Source: Flavobacteriales bacterium
Lineage (GTDB): Bacteria > Bacteroidota > Bacteroidia > Flavobacteriales > BACL11
Reading direction: 5' to 3'
NCBI GenBank assembly: GCA_045561575.1
Contig: JBJKXM010000072.1
Coordinates: forward strand, 1 to 62,219
DNA length: 62,219 nt
The notes beneath the pieces were generated by a model, which saw only the letters and a program-made list of their open reading frames with translations, ran no database searches and was not told the DNA's origin. Position numbers and translations under genes: made by a program. Positions 1 through 10,371 of this stretch are shown one piece after another (the first letter of the stretch is position 1; the number at the start of each line of letters is the position of its first letter).

Positions 1-1
1 T

Positions 2-2152
2 GAACCTGAAACTCTTCCTGTAAAGTTTCCTTTATTACTTGCCCATGGAGTTGAAGGTATTGCTGTTGGGTTATCTACTAAAATTCTACCTCATAATTTT
101 AATGAACTAATAGATGCTTCCATTAAAGTTCTTAAAGGAGTTAAGCCAAGAATTTACCCTGATTTCTCTTCTGGTGGTATGGCTGATTTTTCAAACTATA
201 ACGATGGAAAGAGAGGCGGTAAAATTAGAGTTAGAGCTAAAATTAAATCTATAGATAAAAGTACGCTTCACATAACTGAACTTCCTTATTCAACCAATAC
301 TTCATCTCTAATCAATTCTATTTTAAAAGCAAATGATAAAGGCAAAATTAAAATAAAGAAAATTGAAGACAATACTGCTGAAGAAGTTGAAATTGCTATT
401 ACTCTACCATCTGGTATATCTCCAGATAGAACAATTGATGCATTATATAGATTTACTGACTGCGAATTGTCTATTTCTCCATTAGCTTGCGTGATTAATA
501 ATAATCAACCTGTTTTTGATGGTGTTTCTGAAATTCTTCAAAAATCAACTAATCATACAGTTAAATTACTAACTGAGGAATTAGAAGTAAACTTAAGGGA
601 ATTAAAAGATAAATGGCATTTTTCTTCATTAGAGAGGATATTTATTGAAAATAGAATTTATCATGCAATAGAAGAACTTGAAACTTGGGATGAAATTATT
701 TCAACAATTCATTTTGAATTAAAACCATTTACTAAAAATTTAAATCGTGAAGTTACTAATGAAGATGTTGAGAGACTAACCGAAATAAAGATTAAAAGAA
801 TAACAAAATTTGATCTTGATAAAGCAATTAAAGATATTAAGCAGCTTGAGAATAGAATAGATGAAGTTGAATATAATCTCAACAATATTACAGACTATGC
901 AATTACTTATTTTAAAAACCTTAAAAAGAAATATGGTTTAGATAAAGACAGAAAAACTGAAATAAAAGAATTTGAAAGTATTGATGCTACAAAAGTTGTT
1001 GTTGCTAATAAAAAGCTATACGTTAACAGAGAGGAAGGATTTATTGGAACAGCAATGCGAAAAGATGAATATGTAAGTGAATGTTCTGATATTGATGATA
1101 TTATTGTTTTTAGAGAAGATGGTTCTATGAAAGTTGTAAAAGTTGACTCAAAAGTTTTTGTTGGAAAAGGAATTATACATACCTCGGTATTTAAAAAGAA
1201 GGACACAAGAACCATTTATAATATGATTTATGTTGATGGTAAATCATCTTTTTCTATGATGAAAAGATTTAATGTTAGTAGTATTACAAGAAATAAAGAT
1301 TATTATTTAACCAAATCTGAAAAAGGTTCTAAAGTAATATACTTTACTGCAAACCCAAATGGGGAAGCTGAAACTATTACTATTCACCTTAGAAAACTTC
1401 AAAGATTAAAAATATTAAAGTTCGACTATGACTTTGCTGATTTAGCTATTAAAGGGAAGGCTTCTGTAGGAAATATTTTAACAAAAAATACCGTTAAAAA
1501 AATAGAACTCAGATCAGAAGGTGTATCAACACTTTCTGCAAGAAAAATCTGGTTTGATAAAAATGTTAGAAGGTTAAATACAGATGAGCGTGGTGAGCTA
1601 CTTGGTGATTTTGCTGCTAATGATAAAATTTTGTCCATAAATGATGATGGATCTCTTGAACTTAAAAGTTTTGATATTTCAACTCATTTTGATGATAAAA
1701 TGATTGTTATTGAAAAACACAACCCAAGAAAGCCAATTACCGCAGTATATTTTGATGGAAATAAAGAAAATTTTTTCGTTAAGAGATTTTTGATTGAAAA
1801 TTTATCTCAAAAGTTTTCATTTATAACTGATCATAAAAATTCTTATTTAGAAATAGTGTCTACTGACTGGAGACCTCAAATAGAAGTTATTTATAAAAAA
1901 GAAAAAGGAAAAGATAGAAAGAGAGATATAATTAACTTAGAAGAGTTTATTTCTGTTAAAGGATCTAAGTCAATTGGTAATAGATTGTCTGCAAATAAAA
2001 TTAATACTATAAATTTATTAAAACCATTAGATTACATTCAAGAAAGAGATGAAACAGATGAAACAGAAGAGAATTCTAATGAAATTAAATTAGATATCCC
2101 TCTTAAAATAACAAATGAAGAAGAGAATAATCAAACTACACTTGAATTGTAG
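2..2152 (+). CDS. parC: DNA topoisomerase IV subunit A (ParC), 5'-truncated by the window edge
   Basis: The frame is open from nt 2 (EPETLPVKFPLLLAHGVEGIAVGLSTKILPHNF...), which is the GyrA/ParC family core, followed by a long C-terminal domain and an acidic tail. A true gyrA with a GyrA-box lies at 44696..47362, so this is the paralogous topo IV A subunit. Confidence 0.85.
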   Translation, partial: EPETLPVKFPLLLAHGVEGIAVGLSTKILPHNFNELIDASIKVLKGVKPRIYPDFSSGGMADFSNYNDGKRGGKIRVRAKIKSIDKSTLHITELPYSTNTSSLINSILKANDKGKIKIKKIEDNTAEEVEIAITLPSGISPDRTIDALYRFTDCELSISPLACVINNNQPVFDGVSEILQKSTNHTVKLLTEELEVNLRELKDKWHFSSLERIFIENRIYHAIEELETWDEIISTIHFELKPFTKNLNREVTNEDVERLTEIKIKRITKFDLDKAIKDIKQLENRIDEVEYNLNNITDYAITYFKNLKKKYGLDKDRKTEIKEFESIDATKVVVANKKLYVNREEGFIGTAMRKDEYVSECSDIDDIIVFREDGSMKVVKVDSKVFVGKGIIHTSVFKKKDTRTIYNMIYVDGKSSFSMMKRFNVSSITRNKDYYLTKSEKGSKVIYFTANPNGEAETITIHLRKLQRLKILKFDYDFADLAIKGKASVGNILTKNTVKKIELRSEGVSTLSARKIWFDKNVRRLNTDERGELLGDFAANDKILSINDDGSLELKSFDISTHFDDKMIVIEKHNPRKPITAVYFDGNKENFFVKRFLIENLSQKFSFITDHKNSYLEIVSTDWRPQIEVIYKKEKGKDRKRDIINLEEFISVKGSKSIGNRLSANKINTINLLKPLDYIQERDETDETEENSNEIKLDIPLKITNEEENNQTTLEL

Positions 2153-2208
2153 TATTTGATTTAATTATATATAAATTTATTTGCATAATCTTTTTATTAT
2201 TAAAGTTA

Positions 2209-2216
2209 TATATTTG
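2209..2216 (+). promoter_or_regulatory. Bacteroidetes-type -7 promoter box TATATTTG (TAnnTTTG)
   Basis: Exact match to TAnnTTTG, 15 nt upstream of the ATG at 2231. Motif match only. Confidence 0.4.
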
Positions 2217-2230
2217 TAAAAAACACAATT

Positions 2231-4552
2231 ATGAGATTACTAATTTTAACTATTTTACTACCTATATCAGTTATTTGCCAATCAAATTATAACTTATCAC
2301 TATTAGGCACTTATGATAATTATAACTCAGAAGGTAATGATATATGGGGCTGGGTTGCTCCAGATGGAAGTGAATATGCTCTTGTAGGACTAAATGATGG
2401 ATTTTCTGTAGTTAATGTAACAAATCCTTCTAATCCTGTTGAAGAATTTTTCATAAATGATCTAAATTCTACTTGGAGAGATGTTAAAACTTGGGGACAT
2501 TATGCTTATGTAACCACAGAAGCAGATGCAGGATTGTTAATAGTTGATCTCTCAGATATGACAGGAAATACATATTATCACAGAACATTATTTTCAGCTG
2601 CAACTACTGGAGCTGATACTGAATTTACAGCTGCTCATAATATTTATATTGATGAAAATGGGGTTGCATATATTTTTGGAGCTTCATCAAATACTGGAAG
2701 TTCTCCAAGTGATGGAGTTATTTTCTTAGATGTTGATACAGATCCAATAAACCCCTTGTTTTTAGGAGAATGGGATGATTTTTATGTACATGATGGAATG
2801 GCGAGAGGAGATACTATGTATGTTGGTTGTATATATGAAGGTGATTTATATGTTGTGGATGTATCAAATAAATCAAATCCTGTTAATTTAGGAAATGTAG
2901 GTACTCCAAGTGACTTTACTCACAACGCTTGGGTTTCTGATAATGGTAATTATATCTTTACAACAGATGAAGTCTCGGATGCATATATCGGATCTTATGA
3001 TATTTCAAATTTAAATAATATTCAAGAAATTGATAGAATTCAATCTAATCCTGGTTCTAATTCTATTCCACACAATACTCATGTCGATGGAAATTTTATT
3101 ATCACATCTTACTACAGAGATGGAACAGTTGTTCACGATATTACAAATCCTAATAACCTTGTTGAAGTAGCTCACTTTGATTCATCACCACTATCAGGTG
3201 ACGGTTTTGATGGTTGTTGGGGAACTTATCCTTTTCTCCCATCTGGAAATATAATTTCATCTGACATTAATAGCGGTAATAATAATAATGGTCGTTTATT
3301 AATTTATAGTAGAGATTTTTTACAGGCTTGTTATTTAGAAGGTACTGTATCAGATATTTCTAATTCTAATCCTATAACTAATGCTACAATTGAAATAGTT
3401 AATTCAACTCTAACAATTCAAACTACAACAGATTTATCTGGAAACTACATGACAGGAATTGCTAATTCTTCATCATATGATGTAATTTTTTCAGCTCCTG
3501 GATACTTAGCTGATACACTAAATGCAGCATTTACTAATGGAAATACAACAATTTTAAATGCTCAACTACAACCACTTCAATCATTTAATACAAGTGGAAG
3601 TGTAGTTGATATTAATGGTATAGGAATTCCAAATTCTGATGTATTCATCTATAATTCTTCTTTTACTCTTAATACTACAACGGATTCTAATGGTGATTTT
3701 AATATTAATGGTATTTATGAAGGAAATTATAATGTAATTGCTGGATCTTGGGGTTTTATTACATCTTGTACTAATGAATTTATATCTTCTTCATCAAATA
3801 ATCAAATAATTCTATTAGAGGGATATTATGATGACTTTACTTTCGATTTTGGATGGACAGTTAATGGTGGCGCTTCTTCTGCTAATGAAGGTATATGGCA
3901 AAGAGGAAATCCTGAAGGTACAGATTATAATGGATCAAACTTTAACCCAGATGATGATGTAAACAATGATTGCTATGATTATGCATATGTAACAGGTCTA
4001 GCTTCAGGAAGTCAAGTTGGAGATAATGACGTTGATGACTATAATACCATATTAACTTCACCTATTTTTGACCTTTCATCTCCATTAAATACAGATGAGA
4101 ATTATTTCTTGAATTATAATTTATGGTTTAATAATGATTTTCCTACTTGGGGAGGAGGTACTCCTGCAAATGATTCAATTACAGTGAAAATTACTAATGG
4201 TGTTTTTACAAACACTCTAGAAACTTTAACATCTAATTCTCCTAATCTAGGGCAATGGAACAGTAAATCATTTAATTTAAGTCAATATATTTCATTAAAT
4301 AACTCAATGCGAATAATTATCGAAACAGCAGATTGGGATGCTCTAGGAGGTCATTGGGTTGAAGGAGGTTTTGATAAGTTTGAAATTACTATTCAAAATT
4401 CGACTTCTATTAATAATTTACAGTCTTCAAAAAAATTAATTAATGTTATTGATATAATTGGAAGAAATGTTAATTCATCATCAAATACTATGTTATTATA
4501 TATTTATGATGATGGATCTGTAGAGAAGAAAATGATTATTGAAAATAAATGA
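2231..4552 (+). CDS. Secreted LVIVD-repeat beta-propeller protein with two CarboxypepD_reg-like domains, a GW-rich domain and a T9SS C-terminal sorting domain
   Basis: Signal peptide MRLLILTILLPISVICQ. At least 5 LVIVD-like units (GLLIVDLSD, DLYVVDVSNKSNP, FSVVNVTNPSNP, TVVHDITNPNN, IGSYDISNLNN). Two units of the type GTVSD...TTDLSGNY / GSVVD...TTDSNGDF. C-terminal ...VIDIIGRNV...LLYIYDDGSVEKKMII is typical of Por/T9SS CTDs. Confidence 0.7.
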   Translation: MRLLILTILLPISVICQSNYNLSLLGTYDNYNSEGNDIWGWVAPDGSEYALVGLNDGFSVVNVTNPSNPVEEFFINDLNSTWRDVKTWGHYAYVTTEADAGLLIVDLSDMTGNTYYHRTLFSAATTGADTEFTAAHNIYIDENGVAYIFGASSNTGSSPSDGVIFLDVDTDPINPLFLGEWDDFYVHDGMARGDTMYVGCIYEGDLYVVDVSNKSNPVNLGNVGTPSDFTHNAWVSDNGNYIFTTDEVSDAYIGSYDISNLNNIQEIDRIQSNPGSNSIPHNTHVDGNFIITSYYRDGTVVHDITNPNNLVEVAHFDSSPLSGDGFDGCWGTYPFLPSGNIISSDINSGNNNNGRLLIYSRDFLQACYLEGTVSDISNSNPITNATIEIVNSTLTIQTTTDLSGNYMTGIANSSSYDVIFSAPGYLADTLNAAFTNGNTTILNAQLQPLQSFNTSGSVVDINGIGIPNSDVFIYNSSFTLNTTTDSNGDFNINGIYEGNYNVIAGSWGFITSCTNEFISSSSNNQIILLEGYYDDFTFDFGWTVNGGASSANEGIWQRGNPEGTDYNGSNFNPDDDVNNDCYDYAYVTGLASGSQVGDNDVDDYNTILTSPIFDLSSPLNTDENYFLNYNLWFNNDFPTWGGGTPANDSITVKITNGVFTNTLETLTSNSPNLGQWNSKSFNLSQYISLNNSMRIIIETADWDALGGHWVEGGFDKFEITIQNSTSINNLQSSKKLINVIDIIGRNVNSSSNTMLLYIYDDGSVEKKMIIENK

Positions 4553-5382
4553 TTTTCAGAGAAAGTCTTTTAATTAATGGATCAAAAGATAAAAAGATTC
4601 TCTTAGATATTTTTTTTAAAAAAAATAATTCCAAAAAAAATGTTGTATTGTTTTCTCATGGTTTTAAAGGATTTAAAGATTGGGGACCATTTAATCAAAT
4701 GGCTGAATTTTTTGCAAATAATAATTTCTTCTTCATAAAATTTAACTTTTCTTATAATGGTACATCCATTGATAATCCAGTTGAATTTGTTGATTTAAAT
4801 GCATTTGGTAATAATAATTTATCTCTAGAGTTAGACGATCTTAATTTAGTTATTGATTGGATTTTTAATAATAAATATAATAATGAAATTAATACTGAAA
4901 ATATTAATTTACTTGGTCATAGTAGAGGAGGAGCTATTAGTATTTTAAAGGCTAGTGAAGATAAAAGAGTAAATAAGGTTGTTTCATGGGCATCTCCATC
5001 TAATTTTATAAAAAGAATGGATAAATCTAAACATGATATTTGGAAGAGTGAAGGTGTTGCTTATATATTTAATAGTAGAACTAATCAAAATATGCCACTT
5101 TATTATCAATTTTATGAGGACTGTATAAAAAATTCTGAAAGATTTGATATTAAAAATGCTTGTAGAAATATTAAAATACCACATTTAGCAATTCATGGTA
5201 GTGATGATCCAACTGTTTTAGTTGATGAAGTATATGACTTCAAAAAATGGAACGAAAAAACCATTGTAGAAGAAATTAAGGGAGCAAATCATGTTTTTGG
5301 AGTATCACACCCATATGATGATATTAAATTTCCTATGCACTTTCAAATTGCAATAGATAAAACCATTGAATTTTTAAAATGA
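4549..5382 (+). CDS. Alpha/beta-fold hydrolase
   Basis: Nucleophile elbow GHSRGG, later HGSDD and a C-terminal His (ANHVF). ATGA start/stop overlap with the upstream gene. Confidence 0.65.
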   Translation: MIFRESLLINGSKDKKILLDIFFKKNNSKKNVVLFSHGFKGFKDWGPFNQMAEFFANNNFFFIKFNFSYNGTSIDNPVEFVDLNAFGNNNLSLELDDLNLVIDWIFNNKYNNEINTENINLLGHSRGGAISILKASEDKRVNKVVSWASPSNFIKRMDKSKHDIWKSEGVAYIFNSRTNQNMPLYYQFYEDCIKNSERFDIKNACRNIKIPHLAIHGSDDPTVLVDEVYDFKKWNEKTIVEEIKGANHVFGVSHPYDDIKFPMHFQIAIDKTIEFLK

Positions 5383-6396
5383 AAGCCTGGCCGATGCCGT
5401 TTCAGAAAAATCTGTAATTATATCATCAGTTTTAAATTTATATTTACCTGCTATAGCTATCATTGCAGCATTATCCGTGCAATACTCAAACTTAGGTATA
5501 TAAATGTTAAAATTATTGTTTTTTCCTAACTCTGTTAATTTTTTTCTCAAATATGAGTTAGCGGATACACCACCTGCTATAGCTATATTTGAAATACCTG
5601 TTTGTAGGCTAGCTTTATTAATTTTATCAATTAGAATTGAAACAATTGATTCTTGAATTGATGCGCAAAGATCTTCTAAATTATTTGATATAAAATTTTT
5701 GTCTTTTTGTAATGATGTATTAATCTTATTCATAATTGAAGTTTTCAATCCACTAAAACTAAAATCTAGGTTGTCAATTTTTGGTTTGCCAAAAGTAAAA
5801 GCATTAATATTACCTTCTTTAGCATATTTATCAATTAATGGTCCTCCAGGGTACTTTAGTCCTAAAACTTTTGCAGATTTATCAAATGCTTCACCAGCTG
5901 CATCATCAAGAGTTGAACCAATTATTTTCATTTCATTGTAACTTTTAACTTTTACAATTTGTGTGTGACCACCAGAGACTGTAAGACAGAGAAATGGAAA
6001 TTTAGGTTTTTCTTGTTCTTCATGTTCAATAAAATGAGCTAATATATGAGCCTGCATATGATTAACAGATACAAGTGGTTTATTTAAAGAAAATGATAAT
6101 GATTTTGCAAAAGAATTGCCTACAAGAAGAGAACCAAGTAAACCTGGACCTTTAGTATAGGCAATTAAATCAATATCTTTTTTGTCAATATTAGCAGATT
6201 TAATAGCTACATCAACAATAGGAATTATATTTTGTTGGTGTGCCCTTGATGCTAACTCAGGAACAACTCCTCCATATTCTTCATGAATCTTTTGACTTGC
6301 TATAATGTTTGAAAGAACTTTAGAACCTTTAAGAATAGCAGCAGATGTTTCATCGCATGATGATTCAATTCCTAAAATAATAAGGTTGTCAGTCAT
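5374..6396 (-). CDS. tsaD: tRNA N6-adenosine threonylcarbamoyltransferase TsaD
   Basis: [16 protein letters not shown]-terminus, [11 protein letters not shown] metal site, GGVSAN motif. Kae1/TsaD family length (340 aa). Confidence 0.95.
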   Translation of the reverse strand: MTDNLIILGIESSCDETSAAILKGSKVLSNIIASQKIHEEYGGVVPELASRAHQQNIIPIVDVAIKSANIDKKDIDLIAYTKGPGLLGSLLVGNSFAKSLSFSLNKPLVSVNHMQAHILAHFIEHEEQEKPKFPFLCLTVSGGHTQIVKVKSYNEMKIIGSTLDDAAGEAFDKSAKVLGLKYPGGPLIDKYAKEGNINAFTFGKPKIDNLDFSFSGLKTSIMNKINTSLQKDKNFISNNLEDLCASIQESIVSILIDKINKASLQTGISNIAIAGGVSANSYLRKKLTELGKNNNFNIYIPKFEYCTDNAAMIAIAGKYKFKTDDIITDFSETASARLSF

Positions 6397-7600
6397 TTAA
6401 ATTTTTTAATGTATGCCCCATTTTATCTCTTTTTGTCTGAAGATAAAATTTGTTATGTTCATTAGAATTTATTTCTATGGCAAGTGTATCAACAATTTCT
6501 ATACCATAACTCTCTAAACCAACCCTTTTCTTTGGATTATTAGAAAGCAATTTAATTTTACTAACATTCATTGCTCTTAAAATTTGAGCACCAACACCAT
6601 AATCTCTGTGGTCAGGTAAGAAACCCAATTCTATGTTTGCTTCTACTGTATCTCTCCCTTGTTCCTGCAATTCATATGCTTTGAGTTTATTAAGTAAGCC
6701 AATTCCTCTTCCTTCTTGATTCATATAAACTAAAATTCCCTTTTCTTCTTTTTCTATCTGTCTTAGCGCTGCATGTAATTGGGGACCACAGTCACATCTA
6801 CATGATCCAAATATATCACCAGTTACACAAGATGAATGAACCCTTACTACAACTTCATCGTTTCTATCCCATTCTCCTTTATAAATAGCCATATGTATCT
6901 GGTCATTAGTAATTTGTTTAAAAGCTTTTAATTTAAAATCACCAAAATCAGTAGGTAATTTTACATCTACTTCTTCTTTAATAAGACTTTCATTTTCTAA
7001 TCTATATTTTATTAAATCTTTAATTGTTATAAATTTCAAATCAAATTTTTTAGCAATTAGATGAAGCTCAGGTGTTCTAGCCATGGAACCATCTTCATTT
7101 AATATTTCTACAATTACACCAGCAGGCTCTAATCCAGCTAGCCTTGCTAAATCTATAGATGCTTCAGTATGACCTGCACGCCTTAATACGCCACCTTCTC
7201 TAGCTTTTAATGGAAAAATATGTCCAGGTTTACCTAATTGATCTTTATGAGTATTATGGTCAACTAAAGCTTTAATGGTTTTAGCTCTGTCAGAAGCAGA
7301 TATTCCTGTTGTACAACCATTACCTATCAAGTCAACAGAAATAGTAAATGGAGTTTCAAATGCAGCAGTGTTTTTACCTATCATCAAATCTAAACCTAGA
7401 TCTTCACAACGTTTTTCAAGTAGGGGAGTACATATTAAACCTCTTCCATGAGTAGCCATAAAATTTATCATTTCTGGAGTAACCATTTCAGCAGCTGCTA
7501 TAAAATCCCCTTCATTTTCTCGATTTTCATCATCGATTACAATAATAACTTTTCCAGCTTTTATATCAGATATTGCTTCTTCAATCGTATTAAAATTCAT
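6389..7600 (-). CDS. ribBA: Bifunctional 3,4-dihydroxy-2-butanone-4-phosphate synthase / GTP cyclohydrolase II
   Basis: N-terminal half has the RibB motifs (RENEGDF, GHTEAS). C-terminal half has the RibA zinc motif ([10 protein letters not shown]) and QEGRGIGL. Confidence 0.95.
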   Translation of the reverse strand: MNFNTIEEAISDIKAGKVIIVIDDENRENEGDFIAAAEMVTPEMINFMATHGRGLICTPLLEKRCEDLGLDLMIGKNTAAFETPFTISVDLIGNGCTTGISASDRAKTIKALVDHNTHKDQLGKPGHIFPLKAREGGVLRRAGHTEASIDLARLAGLEPAGVIVEILNEDGSMARTPELHLIAKKFDLKFITIKDLIKYRLENESLIKEEVDVKLPTDFGDFKLKAFKQITNDQIHMAIYKGEWDRNDEVVVRVHSSCVTGDIFGSCRCDCGPQLHAALRQIEKEEKGILVYMNQEGRGIGLLNKLKAYELQEQGRDTVEANIELGFLPDHRDYGVGAQILRAMNVSKIKLLSNNPKKRVGLESYGIEIVDTLAIEINSNEHNKFYLQTKRDKMGHTLKNLND

Positions 7601-7644
7601 TGTAAAAATTTATTTTGCAAAATTAACTATTTATGTGAATTTAT

Positions 7645-8994
7645 CTAGGTGTTTAATTTAATATAATCAGAAATTTTTGGGAATTTTATATTGTTAGATG
7701 CCATAAATATTAAAATGATTGATATTGGGATAAATATGAAATTAGCAATCCACATTCCTTCTAGTGGTGATGCTGATAAATCTTTTGCAGTTTTTTCTCC
7801 TGTTATACTAATAACATAATATGTTACAAAAAGAATGATAGATATTAATAAGGGAATACTGAAGCCTCCTTTACGAACTATTGAGCCAATAGGAGCACCA
7901 ATTAAAAACATGATTACACATGCAAATGATAAGGATATTTTTCTATGCCATTCAATTTTATGTTTTGCTATTATTGACTTTTTATAATTAATATCATCAG
8001 AATTTGAATTTGAGATAGATTTTAGAATTCTTAATTTATTAATAGCTGTTTCAGATATTTTTTTGCTTGATATTTTATTTGAATTTAAAGTTGAATCTAA
8101 CTTATTATTAGCATTATAATTATATTTTTCTGATATTCTATTATATACAAGTATCTTCTTTTCTTCAAGTTTTTTATTTAGTGAATCAATAGAATATTGT
8201 AGTTGTTTATTATTTAACATAGCATAATGTCCCTTATATAACATTTCACTATTCTTTAAACCAAAATTTGAAAGATCAAATCTTATTAGATTTTCACTAA
8301 AAGATATTTTCCTATGATTAGATTTCTTTTTATTATCTTTTAATTCAATATATGAATTTCCATTATAGAGAGTTAATTCCATGTATTTTTCATTATCTGA
8401 TATTTCCATTTTTCCAGATTGAGCTGAAATAACTTTTTTATTTCCATTATTATCAGTATGATCATAAATTAGTATATCATATAGCAAGCCGTTATTAGAA
8501 TTCTTTGTGCCAATTTTAATACTAAAGCCATCAATATCATTATAGAAAATCCCTTCTTTTATGTTTACAGATGGTTTTTTCTTTTTTATATCATAAAGTA
8601 AACTCCCTCCTTTATAGTTAGCAATTGGCATAACATAATTAGAAAATAAATAAGAAAAACTAGAAATGATGATTATAAATAAAAATAACGGTTGTAATAT
8701 TTTTTTTAGTGATATTCCTGAGGACTGCAAAGCAGCTATTTCATAATTCTCTCCTAATTTCCCAATGACCATGACACTAGATATTAAAACAGCTATAGGT
8801 AAAGCCAGTGGGACAAACCTTGCTATTGAATACATCATTAATTCACTAACTTGAAATAAGGTTAAACCTTTACCAATTAAATCATCAATATACTTCCATA
8901 GAAATTGCATTAATAAGATAAAAAGTACTATTAGTAATGAGGCAAAAAAGGGGCCAAGAAAAGATCTAATTAAATATAGATTTATTTTTTTCAA
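7645..8994 (-). CDS. LptF/LptG (YjgP/YjgQ) family LPS-export permease
   Basis: N-terminus LYLIRSFLGPFF, 3+3 TM segments flanking a large periplasmic insert. Family-typical architecture. Confidence 0.8.
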   Translation of the reverse strand: MKKINLYLIRSFLGPFFASLLIVLFILLMQFLWKYIDDLIGKGLTLFQVSELMMYSIARFVPLALPIAVLISSVMVIGKLGENYEIAALQSSGISLKKILQPLFLFIIIISSFSYLFSNYVMPIANYKGGSLLYDIKKKKPSVNIKEGIFYNDIDGFSIKIGTKNSNNGLLYDILIYDHTDNNGNKKVISAQSGKMEISDNEKYMELTLYNGNSYIELKDNKKKSNHRKISFSENLIRFDLSNFGLKNSEMLYKGHYAMLNNKQLQYSIDSLNKKLEEKKILVYNRISEKYNYNANNKLDSTLNSNKISSKKISETAINKLRILKSISNSNSDDINYKKSIIAKHKIEWHRKISLSFACVIMFLIGAPIGSIVRKGGFSIPLLISIILFVTYYVISITGEKTAKDLSASPLEGMWIANFIFIPISIILIFMASNNIKFPKISDYIKLNT

Positions 8995-8999
8995 TTATG

Positions 9000-9386
9000 C
9001 TATGAGCCAATAGCTCTTTTTAAATTTTCAAATTGTTGTTCCCATAGCATTATTTGCTCTTCTTTTTCATCTAGATCTTCAGCAAAATCAGTTATTATTA
9101 ATGAAACATCTGATGTCATTTCATCAATTTGAATAGCAAATTCAAAATAAGATTCTTTGTACTCATCGTCTACCCATTTAAACTGAATAAATTTATTGTT
9201 TTTCTTTTTTAAAATTTTTGCAGACTGTTCACTGTCGTCCCAAAAAAAGGTATATATATTATTTTTAAGATTAACGTTATCAGCAAACCATTCTGCTAAT
9301 CCACTTGGAGTGCTTAATCTCTTATACAAAACATTTACTGAAGAATTTATTGGTATCTCGATTGAGTATTTGATTAAATCTGACAT
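9000..9386 (-). CDS. START-like / SRPBCC (AHSA1-like) small protein
   Basis: 128 aa, with ...LYKRLSTPSGLAEWFAD... resembling Aha1/START-like domain proteins. Weak by-eye call. Confidence 0.45.
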   Translation of the reverse strand: MSDLIKYSIEIPINSSVNVLYKRLSTPSGLAEWFADNVNLKNNIYTFFWDDSEQSAKILKKKNNKFIQFKWVDDEYKESYFEFAIQIDEMTSDVSLIITDFAEDLDEKEEQIMLWEQQFENLKRAIGS

Positions 9387-9430
9387 ATCTTTTATAAGTT
9401 TGCAAATCTTTTTGCAAAGATAATATTAAT

Positions 9431-10150
9431 ATGACATTAGAAGAACAAGGAAACTTTTTATTTAAATATAGAGGACAGTTTCCTATCTTATTGTTTTTAT
9501 CTTCTATTCCTTTTATAATGCTTACTTCCTTCAATAATTATAATGAAATATTTATTTTTTCATCTATTTTTTTCTTTATTTCTGGATATTTAATTCGTTT
9601 TTATACAATAGCTACAACTCCTAAAAACACAAGTGGTAGAAATACGAACAAACAAATTGCTGAAACACTAAATACAAAAGGAATTTATTCATTAGTTCGC
9701 AATCCTTTATATCTAGGAAATTATTTTATATGGCTAGGTGTTTCTTTATATACTTTTAATATATATTTTTTAATTTATATGTCATTCATCTTTTATCTTT
9801 TCTATCGTAGAATAATATTTGCAGAAGAGTGCTTTTTAAGAAAAAAATTTGATAAACAATATAATAAATGGGCTAAACAAACTAATTCTTTTTTTCCTAA
9901 AAGTTTGAGTTTTACTAAATCTGATATTCCTTTTTCTTATATTTCAATATTAAGAAGAGAATATTCAAGTTTACTATCAGGAATAGTTGGATATTTATTT
10001 ATTGATTTTGTTAGAAATTATTTCTCATATAATTCATTTTTTATATCTTATAATTTATTAATAATATCTTCTATTGTTATCTTTTTTATTTTGATTCTAA
10101 GAACATTAAAACATCATACTGATTTATTATCTGAAAATGACCGTTCATAA
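9431..10150 (+). CDS. Membrane methyltransferase of the isoprenylcysteine carboxyl / phospholipid methyltransferase family
   Basis: Multi-TM protein with the VRNPLYLGNYFIWLG motif characteristic of the ICMT/PEMT family. Confidence 0.6.
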   Translation: MTLEEQGNFLFKYRGQFPILLFLSSIPFIMLTSFNNYNEIFIFSSIFFFISGYLIRFYTIATTPKNTSGRNTNKQIAETLNTKGIYSLVRNPLYLGNYFIWLGVSLYTFNIYFLIYMSFIFYLFYRRIIFAEECFLRKKFDKQYNKWAKQTNSFFPKSLSFTKSDIPFSYISILRREYSSLLSGIVGYLFIDFVRNYFSYNSFFISYNLLIISSIVIFFILILRTLKHHTDLLSENDRS

Positions 10151-10186
10151 TTTTCAAAATATATTCATTAAAATTATTGAAAATAG

Positions 10187-10194
10187 TATATTTG
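10187..10194 (+). promoter_or_regulatory. -7 promoter box TATATTTG for the tRNA(CAU) gene
   Basis: TAnnTTTG match ending 12 nt before the mature tRNA 5' end. The same spacing is seen at tRNA-Ser. Confidence 0.5.
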
Positions 10195-10205
10195 CCTCCT
10201 TATTT

Positions 10206-10279
10206 GGCGTGGTAGCTCAGTTGGTCAGAGCGCAGGATTCATAACCCTGAGGTCGGGAGTTCAAGTCTCCCTCACGCTA
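10206..10279 (+). tRNA. tRNA with CAU anticodon (elongator Met or lysidine-modified Ile2; not initiator)
   Basis: Hand-folded 74-nt cloverleaf: acceptor GGCGTGG/TCACGCT, D arm GCTC..GAGC, anticodon loop TTCATAA, T arm GGGAG-TTCAAGT-CTCCC, discriminator A. No encoded CCA. Confidence 0.9.
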
Positions 10280-10287
10280 CAAAAAAA

Positions 10288-10312
10288 ACAGAATTTTATA
10301 TTCTGTTTTTTT
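10288..10312 (+). terminator. Rho-independent terminator after tRNA(CAU)
   Basis: Stem ACAGAAT/ATTCTGT, 5-nt loop, then T7. Confidence 0.7.
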
Positions 10313-10347
10313 ATTTATAAATAATACAAATAAGTATAATGATTTTA

Positions 10348-10355
10348 TAAATTTG
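10348..10355 (+). promoter_or_regulatory. -7 promoter box TAAATTTG upstream of gcvT
   Basis: TAnnTTTG match 16 nt upstream of the ATG at 10372. Confidence 0.4.
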
Positions 10356-10371
10356 TTTTAATTATTGATAA

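Noticed and set aside
4549-4552. An alternative genetic code (TGA as sense), considered because of the AT richness and the many broken genes.
   Set aside because: TGA terminates well-supported genes at the expected ends (for example 4550..4552). The broken genes need frame changes, not stop read-through.
7601-7644. An FMN riboswitch upstream of ribBA (and likewise upstream of ribH at 28651..28665).
   Set aside because: The spacers are only 44 and 15 nt, far too short for an RFN element.
10280-10371. A glycine riboswitch upstream of gcvT.
   Set aside because: The 92-nt spacer is filled by the tRNA terminator and a promoter box and is almost pure A/T. No GGAGAG...CACCG-type cores are present.
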